Part shown: in pieces, positions 13,734-25,000 of the stretch
Numbering within the stretch: the stretch's first letter is position 1
Layout of the letters: the number at the start of each line of letters is the position of its first letter
Origin: Paragordius varius
Taxonomy: Eukaryota; Animalia; Nematomorpha
DNA: 64,000 nt
Direction of reading: 5' to 3'
Assembly: GCA_964247055.1 (NCBI GenBank)
Contig: OZ176054.1
Span: forward strand, 4,836,001 to 4,900,000
Notes under the pieces: generated by a model
What the model was told of the DNA's origin: nothing
What the model saw: the letters and a program-made list of their open reading frames with translations, nothing else
Database searches by the model: none
Program-made: the position numbers and the translations under genes

Positions 13734-15126
13734 TCTTATTTCAAATATTCAATTAAAATAAATGCAAATATATTAAATTTATTAGCCTTATCTGTACTTT
13801 ACTATGAATCAATGAAAAATTAATAGATAAATTTTTAAATTTTTTTATAAATAACAACAAATCAATTGATTATATGTTTTGTCAATAAGTTAAAGATATT
13901 TACGTTTTTTGCATTATTGGGCTAATTTTTTTTAAACCGGATGTAATTGACCATTTAAATAATTAATTTAAAAGTTTATATTAATCCTTATAAAAAATAT
14001 AGTATAATAAAACAGCTCTTTTATTAAAGATAATCAGTAACGGATGTTTTTCCATCAAATTTTTAATGTTTTGTACTTTCAACAAATTTTGCCATATACA
14101 TAAATTGGTGCTGCATATTTATACAATCAGAATCATAATATTCATCTTGGTCATTATATGGTTGAAGATCACAGAAACTTTTATAAAGGTACCTCGCTTT
14201 TTGACTGTTTCTATTCCTATAATCCAGTGGTATTCATCAAAAAAATTTGACGGATCGAATAAAATATTTTTTTTTTATTTCAAGGGCCTATTCCCTCATG
14301 TCTGACATATTCAGATTATACACTGAAAATATACACCAATTAAATTAGAATAATACAAACCATAAACAGCAATTTTGATGCCGCATCTGTTACCCCGATT
14401 TGATTAGGACTCTGATCGAAGATCGCAAAATAGTTTTACATAGCTAAAAACCGTACATAAAAACGGATTGAAACCAAGAAGATATGATCTACAAAAAAAT
14501 GAAGTGTTTCATTTTATTTTAATTTTTTAACCCCCATCAATAAATAACGAATAATAATTTTTTATATATTCTCCCTAATACCCATTTCTTGGAAAACATC
14601 ATCTCCCTTATGTTGATAGAACAGAGATGGGAGATGCCTAGTTCGGCTATCGATTGCAGAGGCATTCGGTGGAATAGAATTGAAACCAAATACTTGTACA
14701 GTGTATAACGTGTAACGTTTCCTTAGGAACTCATCAGTCACATATAATGAACAAGGGTACTGTGGGTTAAGTGAGAGAGTATATATATATATATAACAAA
14801 TGGGCGAATGATTACCTATTGCGATTCAACCAAAGATAGTATACGTCTTTGTTTTAGCATATTTTAGGATAGGGGAAGACTTATGGATATAAGGAGTTAT
14901 TTGTTATAAATAAGCAAAATAATATATAGCTAAAATTATAAGGGTTATATCTTAATATGATCTTTATTATTATAATAATCGTTTAGTATAATAATTCAAA
15001 AATTTTTTTTTATGTGCAAGGTTTGTATTTATGCAATGCCAGTTAGAATATATTTTATTATTGTGCGAGTTTAAAATGAGTAATTCAAACTATTTCTTCA
15101 AAATATTAGTGCGATATAATGACATA

Positions 15127-15924
15127 CCAGTTATTTTATCTTTCTTGTAATATAATATGTAATTTTAAAATGAAATCAGTTTTTTGTTTTATTCAATATC
15201 ATAACTCCTATCTCTAATAAATGAACATTGCGCCAGAAAAAATGGTTGTTTAATGCAGAAAAACAATTGTCCAGCCATTTTCCAACATCTTCAAAATTAG
15301 GAATGCTGCTCTGCTAGGGTTTGCCCCATTGCAAAGTATTGGCACCAGGTCATTAAACTCACCACCTGTGTTAATTCGATGCAAAATGATTTCATTTCGC
15401 GGATTTGACTAGTCCCTTTGCGAGTTTCGATGTTCATTCAAATTTTGTGGAACCCATTTAGTAAGTTTATTTTTCTCTCTCATTGATCGTAGACATCTCT
15501 TGATTGTTTTGTGATACATGTAATGCCTGTGCCAGTTGCCGTTTGATTTTAGTTGCATCACCCAATAACTCTTCCATTTCATCGTTTTTACAGTTGTGTG
15601 GTCTACCACAGCGCCAACACTATTTCATACGAAATTATAACTTTTAATCTTCAAAACTATGTAATACATGTGTTAATCGATAAAGTATATTCACCATATC
15701 TTTCTACAAACAAAATAACTTACAACGATCTTTTTCTGATGGCAATGCGTTCCACAAATGCTCCATTTCCGGCAAAAAATATCACATCTCAGAATGGTAA
15801 AAGTAAGCTAGTTTTGTGGACTCAAATTGTGGGTCATAATTTAATGATAGATGAACAAAATGGGGTATTTATTATATTAATGATCTGCATAAATTTCGCT
15901 GATATCTTCCCTTAGTTAAACCGG
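15127..15924 (-). mobile_element. Internally deleted, degenerate mariner (Mos1-like)
   Basis: Minus-strand peptide relics EHLWNAL, YGEYTLS, CGRP, KWVPQNL, LHRINTGGE and NFEDVGKWLD...FFWR. TA-flanked imperfect TACC(A/G)GTT ends. Most of the catalytic domain is missing. Confidence 0.8.
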
Positions 15925-16655
15925 TAGGAATTCAAGAATACACATCATTTATTATGTTTTACATAACACTAATTTAATTAATTTTCCAGATAGTATCGTT
16001 AAAACACACCTCTTGCCATTGCTTTATTTATGTATAACTTTTACCCAAAATTTTGCGGTAAAACCGAGAGAGGCAAAAAGGCTGCTAAAAATTATCAACA
16101 AGCCATAAAATTGGCAATGGACAAATTTTATTTGGATGCATCTTTATAATAACATATTTTTAGTGATTTTTTAGTCTTTTACTCGGTATAACTTTGCAAT
16201 AGTATATGTAACAATTCCAATTAAAATTGTATGGTTCTATTATCAAAAATCTTCTTTAAACGCTCTATTTAAATGGAAATATTATATGATTGGAAAAAGC
16301 GGTAGCTTTATCAAATTATAAATTAATAATGTATAGGCGTTTTCAGAAAATCTTGATGCTATAAATGAAAATAGGTTTGGTACATAAACAACCTGGAATG
16401 TTAAAAATTTATAAGGTGTATGGTTCAAACTTCATATATTAGTATTAGTTATGCTAAATTTTGCAATAGATACATATTATAATATTTTTTAAACGTTGCA
16501 AGGTGACATTATATGCGTTTTGCAATGTAAGCATATTTATATTTTATATTATTTGATGGGAACAATGCCGATCGCGTATAATGATGATTTGCAATTATAT
16601 TTAATATCATAATTGCATATATTTTTTATCACAACACACATTTTTTTAAATAAAA

Positions 16656-18189
16656 ATGGAAAAATGGGCAGGAAAAATTGCATTGGTTACTGGTGCTTCA
16701 AAGGGATTGGGACGAATTATTGCTAAAACTTTGGCATCCCATAAGATGATTGTTGTAGCTTGTGCCAGAAGTGGAGATAAATTGAAAGTAAATCATATAT
16801 AAATATATATCCAATAAAAATTATTCATTGTTTTTAAAATCAATACATATAATAGTAAAAAAATATAATCAGGATTTTAAATAAAATATGGTTGATTTTA
16901 CCCTTTGTATAATGTTGGATCTCTAAATCAGTTAATAAAATTTTAATTTTCATTTATTGCAATAACCCACGACTAACAAAACAATTTCGATCTTACCGTA
17001 ATATAAAAAATATGGACTAATTAAATTTAAACTTGTTTATTTCGCTTGAATATATTTTTAAAATTTTAATTAATAACTTTCGGTCCCAGTTAGTTTCATT
17101 TTTATTTCATTATTTTTAACATAATATTTAAATATCATTTTTTAATTAATCCGAATTATTGGGAGAAAATAAAAAACCCTGATTAATCATGGGCCATTTT
17201 CATCGCCTTTTGAGGCCTTTGAAAAGGACATAAAGCTGAAAACAAAGGTTTGCAATCTTTTCTAAAATAATTAATTACTGTAATTTGATACGATTTAATC
17301 ATATTGTGTTATAAAATTTTATTATTTTAACAGATTTAATGGCATGCCTATTTTATAATACAGACGTTGGCTGAAGAGGTCATGTCTCAAAACGGGAAAA
17401 TAGATACAGTTGAATGTGACATGAGTAAAATGGAACAAGTAATGGCCCTTTTCAAGCATATCGCCGAAAAATATGGCACATTACACGTTTGTGTTAACAA
17501 TGCTGGCCTTTCATTTCCAGACAACTTTTTACCCGGAAAACAAAGTAGCCCTGATGTCCAACAACTCTACAATGATGGTAATGAAGTTAAAAGTCGCATG
17601 TCCATGTACCAACATTGGTTAACAATGTTACAAATCAATGTCCTCGGTTTATCGATATGTTGTAAAGAAGCATTACATATTATGGTAAGGTCAGGCGTTA
17701 AACATGGCGTTATCATAAACGTGAGTAGTATGGCTGGTAAAAAAGTTATGGTTCTACCACTCAAAAAAGAAGGCGATACCAATTACTTCATGAATTTGTA
17801 TGGGGCAACTAAATGGGCCGTTACTTGTATCTCAGAAGCCATAAGGTTAGAAAATGTGGGCTTTCACCCCGAAGCCGCTGGTATTCGAGTAATAAATCTT
17901 TGCCCTGCTTGGATAAAAACAAATTTTCCGGACAGACTTTTGCAAGGAACCAAAAGCACTAATTCTGTCGAAGATGCATGTAATTGTTTTACTAAGATAT
18001 CTTTTTAAAATATGAAATATTTGAACCGTATTTTATTTTTCTATACATTTAGCTAACAAAGATATTGATGGTTTTTTCAAGGACAAAGAATACTTAGATC
18101 CACAGGAAGTGTGTGATGTTGTCATGTGTGCATTAGCATGTCCGGAAAAAGTTCAAGTTGATGAAATTGTCGTGCAAGCCTTGAAATAA
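16656..18189 (+). CDS. Classical short-chain dehydrogenase/reductase, DHRS11-like
   Basis: Exons 16656-16787, 17364-17979 and 18053-18189. MEKWAGKIALVTGASKGLG (TGxxxGxG), NNAG, NVSS, YGATK (YxxxK) and a C-terminal LDPQEVCDVV. Confidence 0.9.
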
Positions 18190-19042
18190 TATAAATAAAT
18201 AAATTAAAATAGATTAATTTATTTGTTGACTTATATAAAATATATTTATCGGAAATATACTGATAAGTAAAGTAGATATAAAATTGTGAATAATAGAATC
18301 TTTTCCAGTATTACTACTGCATTTTAGTGCAAAAATTATATTTACCTCTAAAAATATTTAAATAAATACAAAAATTTTAACATATTCTCTACCCTTGCTC
18401 ATTACCCAATTAAAAATATTAAGAGTTTCCTCAATTTGCTAATTTCCACATTGTTACAGTCACAGCTAGAAGGATCACTGATAAATATTATGAAAAATAA
18501 ACAAATAACCCACAATGGAAATCCTAAAATTATTGTAATACAAAACCGTTATGTAACGTAATATAACTAAAATTTATTATTTGCTAGATTTTTTTCCGTT
18601 TAATTTAATTTAAACAATGCTTGGCATAAATGGCTAAGCTGGGCCGCTGAGTGAAAAATTTTACCCGCTCCATTTATAAAACATAAACACGTACCGATAC
18701 CCTAAGAAATCCAATTTTTTAACTGGGTTTACTACAGAAATGGTCATAATTTTCTTGGTTATTAAAACTTCAACACTTAAAAATGTTTTTTATAGGTAAA
18801 ATATATTTTAATCATATAATGCTACACAGATTGTGTAAATTGCACTGATATTTTACTTTTGATCGCTAACCGAAAATATTTTAATCTCTTCATTTTGTTT
18901 AATAATGGGATAAAAAATGGTATAGATGCATATAAAGTAAATAAAACACCAATACAAATAAAAAATACGCTACCGTAATTAATACTTAACGCATGGTGAC
19001 TTGCATTTGCAAATGAAGCATATGTTAAATTTATGCCGAAAG

Positions 19043-22000
19043 ATGTCAAGTAATACATTGAGTCAAGAAAAATCTCCTTATTTATTACAGCACGCATCGA
19101 ATCCTGTTCATTGGTTAATTAAAATATAATCTTAAGGTATTCGTGGAAGAATGATGCTATTAAAAAAGCACAAGAAACGCAAAAATTAATTTTCCTATCG
19201 AGTAATACGAAAAAGTATATATTTTAGTCGGTTATTCGACATGTCATTGGTGCCATGTAATGGAAAAAGAATCTTTTGAAAACCAAGAAATCGCTAATAT
19301 TATGAATGAAAATTATATTTGTATTAAGGTTGACCGAGAGGAGCGACCAGATATCGATAAAACATACATGACTTTTGTTCAAGTATTTCTTTTGTTACCT
19401 TATTTTTAGTAAAAATTAAAAATATAAATAAAGACACATATTGAAAAAAGGCAATCATATTTTTGTAAACCTTGATTTTTCTAGATTATGAATTATTATA
19501 ATTTACATATCTAATCTCTATTTTCCAACCCTTCAATGGGTTATATGCAATAAAGTTTTTTCGAAAATATTTTTGACTTTTGCCTGGTTAATTTCAATTT
19601 TACCGTATTTATTTGCTTTTTAGACCATGGTTGGTCAAGGAGGTTGGCCCCTGACTGTATGGTTAACTCCGAGCCTTAAACCAATTTTTGGTGGTACCTA
19701 TTTTCCACCCTTTTCTCAACATCATCAAACCGGATTTAAGGATATTTTGTTAGCGATAGCTAAAAAGGTAGTTGTTATCTTTTATTTTTATTAATTTTAA
19801 AATTTATATGTAAAAAAATATTATCCATGAACATATAATACATTGTGTATCTATCTATTCCTGCCTCTGTCAAATTATATATCTTCTAAAAACATTTTTC
19901 ACCAAAAATTTTACATGATTTCATATTATCAGTTAAGTAATTTTATTCATTTTTTTGCACAGTGGAAAACGGATAAAGCTGATTTAGAAAGTGATAGTAC
20001 ACGCATGTCCCAAATGATTCAAAAGGAAATTCAATCTTTGGATACCAAGAACAAAGAAACGTTATCCAACACATCTGCCATCCAAAATTTTGAAGCGAAT
20101 TACAACCAAACTATGCAAGATTGTTTTGAATATTTCGAATCCAAATTTGATCCTCGTTATGGTGGTTTCAGTTCACAACCAAAATTTCCGCAACCTGGTT
20201 TTTTCTTTCATATTAAATAAATTAATATATTTCTCACCTAAAATATTATAACTTAAAGTGAACCAATTATAATTTCCGGTCTGGCTGCTACAGTCATTTA
20301 TGGTTGTACGTAATTACCTTTACCACAAATGTAAAATGTATGCTAAAAAATCAACCGAAAATGATATTTATAATATACATCAACATTTAATAAACTTTTA
20401 GAGATTTTGAATTTACGAAATTAATAAAATACCATAATTTTAGTTTTAAGCAAAATTTATTTTAAATTTTGACTGGTTTTTTTTATAAACGACCCCGGTG
20501 AATTTTATAATTATCCAACTTTGGTCCCAATACATTATTTTTAAAATAGCTTTCTCTTTCAAAAATTCGTGCCTAAAGCAAATTTCACGGATCCGACCAA
20601 TAATTATCCATATTAAATGCCCTAATTATTATATTTAAATAATTAATTTACCATATTCACAAAAATATGTTTTTATAATTGTAATTTTAATAGTTGTATT
20701 GGATTTTTTGCTGTATTTCGATTCGCTTTCACCCGCCTCCAATTCAAATAATGTTGCACTTTCCATGGTAGAATTAACATTAAAATTCATGTCCCTGGGA
20801 GGTATTAATGATCACATTGGGAAGGGGTTTCATCGGTAATTTTACAAAATAATTCCATTTATTTTATTGGTGATCGATATTTTAAGAGTTTTAGTGATTA
20901 CAAAATAATTGATCATTATAACGAAAATTGGAAAAAAATGATATTTTTTATTGTTGAAAATTGATTAGTAATAGTAAATTTTTACTTTAAATTAAAAATG
21001 ATATAATTAATTTATGAATTTTAAAATACTTTGCAGTTGTCATAAATATAAATAAGATATTTTTTTTATAATTAGAAGTCATTTTTTTAAATATATTATA
21101 ATGTTATAGATATTCAGTAGATGGGCATTGGAAATTACCCCATTTCGAGAAAATGGCTTATGATCAAGCCCAACTTTTGGGTGTATTTGCAAAAACATTT
21201 TTTCATCAATCAATTAAACGCAATACTAAATCTGAGGAAACAGACCCACAAATTTTAAATTTAGCTGTCAGATTTAAGCAACAAGCAATTGATATCGCAT
21301 CTTACGTGGATGATCAATTAACCTATAAAACAGATTCCGTAATATTTAATATTAGATAACAAATTATGATTTAACAAAATTTAAATAAAAAATGGCGTTT
21401 TAACAATTGCTTTTTTCATTAATATTACTTGTTTAGTAAGCATAGTTAGTGAGACTATTATGATGCAATATCAGCAAAATTAATAATAAAATTATTAATG
21501 AATTTTTGTTAGATTACAAAAATAAAATAAAAATACAAATTAAAATTATGAAATATTTTATAAAAATAAAGATGTATAGCTATTATAAAAGATTTCGTTA
21601 TTGGGTTAACATGATTGATTTTTTTCTGTCTGTTTATTAATTTATTGTCATTATTAACAGTAGCGTATGGCATAAAACAATATTAGTCCATAAAAGAAAA
21701 ATATGTTTGGATATGTATATATATAACTAGTGTTTTTTTTAAAAATAACGTTTTTTTTCTTTTATGGACTAATAATGTTTTATGCCATACGCTACTGTAT
21801 GGTAATTTTCCTTTAATAATCGTGTCGTTTTCTTCTTTATCTAATATTTCAACGTTATCCCAATCAATCTTGTGTCTGTAGTTATGTGCATCATGATAAG
21901 TAAGTGCCGACACATTTACTTTGTTTCTTCTTTCGGCAGCTTTATGTTCTTTTATTCGAGTGTTAATACCTCTTTTAGTTTGACCAATATAAACATCCTC

Positions 22001-25000
22001 GCAATCACTACACTTGACTTTGGAAACTATAATTTTTTATCTTGTACCTTTCTAGTATTGTTTAATAATTTATAAATGTTATTAAAGGGTTTTAAAAGAA
22101 TATTAAACTTGAAAATATTTTCTAATGGTCTAAAAATGAAAACTACTTAGAGAAAAATTATCCCCAGCACCTTATTACAAACGCTATAAATAAAATTATG
22201 AAGCATAATGGAAGTAATAAAAATAAGAATAATAATGAGATTAATAACAACACTAATAACAGCAATACAGATAAGAACAGAAAGGATAAAAAAATACTAG
22301 TAATACCTTATCACGAAAACGTCAGTAAAAACAAGGATTTTAAATCCAAGTTTCATATTCTTTTTAAACCCGGCGATAACATTTATAAAATAAATACTAG
22401 AAAGGTACAAGATGAAAATTTTGCCGTTTACAAAGTCAAGTGTAGTATGCGAGGATGTTTATATTGGTCAGACTAAAAGAGGTATTAACACTCGAATAAA
22501 AGAACATAAAGCCGCAGAAAGAAAAAACAAAATAAATGTGTTGGCACTTGGCTTATCATGCACATAAGTACAGACACAAGATTGATTGGGATAACGTTGA
22601 AATATTAATAAAGAATAAAACGACACAATTATTGAAGGAAAGTTACTATATAAATAATTAAGATAAATTAATAAACAGACAGAAAGAAATCAATCATGTC
22701 AACCCAATAACGGAATTTTTTATAAATAAATATACATCTTTATTTTTATAAAATATTTCATAATTTTAATTTATATCTTATTTTTATTTTATTTGTGTAA
22801 TCTAACGAAAATTCATTAATATATTCATTATTTTGCTGATATTTCATACTATTCTAAAACCTACTGATTCAGCCCAATCCATAATGCAAAGATTATTTAA
22901 ACATAATTGATCACCAATAATATAATTATTAAGCTTTCATTCAACAAAGATAATTCTGTTACAAAAATAAAAAAAAACTTTTTTTAAAATTGAACATATA
23001 AGTTTTTTCTGTTTTAGGAGCTGGCATTTTTTTCAGCAGAAGATGCGGATTCATTAGATCCTCATCACAAAAAGGATAAACGCGAGGGCGCCTTTTATGT
23101 ATGGACGGAAAAGGAAATTCAATCTATTTTAGCAGACCCTGAATTATACAATTTATGCAAACGATGTTTTGGTATCACCGAAAACGGAAATATAGATCAT
23201 AGATATGTAAATATTTATAATTTAACATTTATTGTGCCGAGCTGATTAGTTATGAACGCTAGTTTTTTGTATAAAACTTATGAAAAAAGGTTTATTATAA
23301 TGTGATTTAATGCATTAAGTTTTTTGTTGAAGATTTTTTATCCAATTGGTTTTTAATTATTTCATAATTATTCAGGATGCACATAATGAGTTAGAAAATC
23401 AAAACGTTTTATGTTTTGTCAATGATTTTGAAACACTATCAAAAGAACTTAATTTACCAGTTTATGATTTGGAGTTAAAATTATCGCATATTTACGAAAA
23501 GCTAAACGAGGTAAGGAAACAAAGACCAAGACCATTTAAGGACACAAAAATTTTGGCATCGTGGAACGGTAAACATTTTGTTCATTTATCCATTTACACA
23601 TTAAAAATATTTAAATTATTGGAGAAATAGATTAAATTTATCAGCATAACGAGTATAACGGCAATATAGTTATTAATTATATATACTCAAATTATAAAAT
23701 GCATAGTATATATTGTAATTAAATACGTATAAACGAAATTAACTAATTGAATTACTTTAAATATTTATCAATTAGTGATAATAAATAACAAAAAATTACA
23801 TGAAATTTTATAATTTTAAATTTCATATTAAATTTAAGTTTCATATCATATATATATTTTTTTCATATCAAATAAGATTAATAAAAGCGATTAAATGCCT
23901 TTAAAATAACGATTCAGACCCAACCCCTATTTTAATTATATTTTAAGTTAATTTTTGCCAATACTTTTATTTGATTTAATTTTAGGGCTTATGATTTCTG
24001 GCTTAACATGCGCTGGAATTTTGTTGGATCAACCCAATTTTATCGATCGTGCCATTAAGTGTGCCAATTTTCTCAAAAACAATTTAATAAAATCCGATAA
24101 AACGCTTTTACGAAGTTTGTATTATGACGAACAATCGCACGCTACTTCACAACTGTAAGTTATTAGACACACACACACAAATTTTTTTTTGAATGTAATC
24201 AAAAGAATTTTTGCACAAAAAATTGTTGCTAAAAATAATATTGCCTGATTTAAAACCAACACCAACTTATATTTATTGACATGAGAATGAGGACAAAAAT
24301 AATTAATTTCACAATTTTTTGTGATAAAAATGGTTTAAATAGGGACTCATTAACATCAGTCTGTCAAAAAAGGCTGTAATATTTAAAATCTTGATTTTGA
24401 ATAAAATTTAATATTTTCCTTTCAAAATAAGGAATATACATGTATTGGTAACAGTCAATCGGATATTTCAGGTATCATTTGGGAATATAAATCAAGATTT
24501 ACGTTCTATCTTTATAATATTTATAACAGTATGTTCATTAACGTTAGTAAATTATCATTATTGTTGGACAATCGTTAATAAGTAGCAAATGATATGGAAA
24601 AAATCTTTCATAATTATACAGAATATACTGTTATAACATATAAAAAAAATAACATTCAACCAGTTGTTGTTTTTTACCCATACACTACTGTGCAGATCGG
24701 TCAAAAATAATTTCAATATTAATATATATATATAAATATAGTTCTCAACCGATTGAAGGATTTCTCGAAGATTATGCTTTTACCATTGGTGGATTGCTTG
24801 ATTTGTTTGAAGCGACATTCGATGACACTTGGTTACAATTAGCCACCGAACTTCAAACACGGCAAGATCAGCTGTTTTGGGACACGAATGATGGCGGATA
24901 TTTTGTCACAGCTCTTAAAAGTTCTGATGGCCAAGAAGAAGGAAATACTGACCTTAACACAGTTTTGCGTTTAAAAGATGGTATTTTTTTGTAAAATTAC

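Noticed and set aside
14330-14430. In-frame TGA before CRIC as selenocysteine, or an RPP21-like gene
   Set aside because: A second in-frame stop (TAG) lies upstream, there is no convincing SECIS, and the similarity is too weak.
18822-19097. ORF as ORMDL (SIPFF motif)
   Set aside because: The downstream ORMDL motifs (KGTPF, THWEQ.D) are absent, and the ORF overlaps the SPATA20 start.
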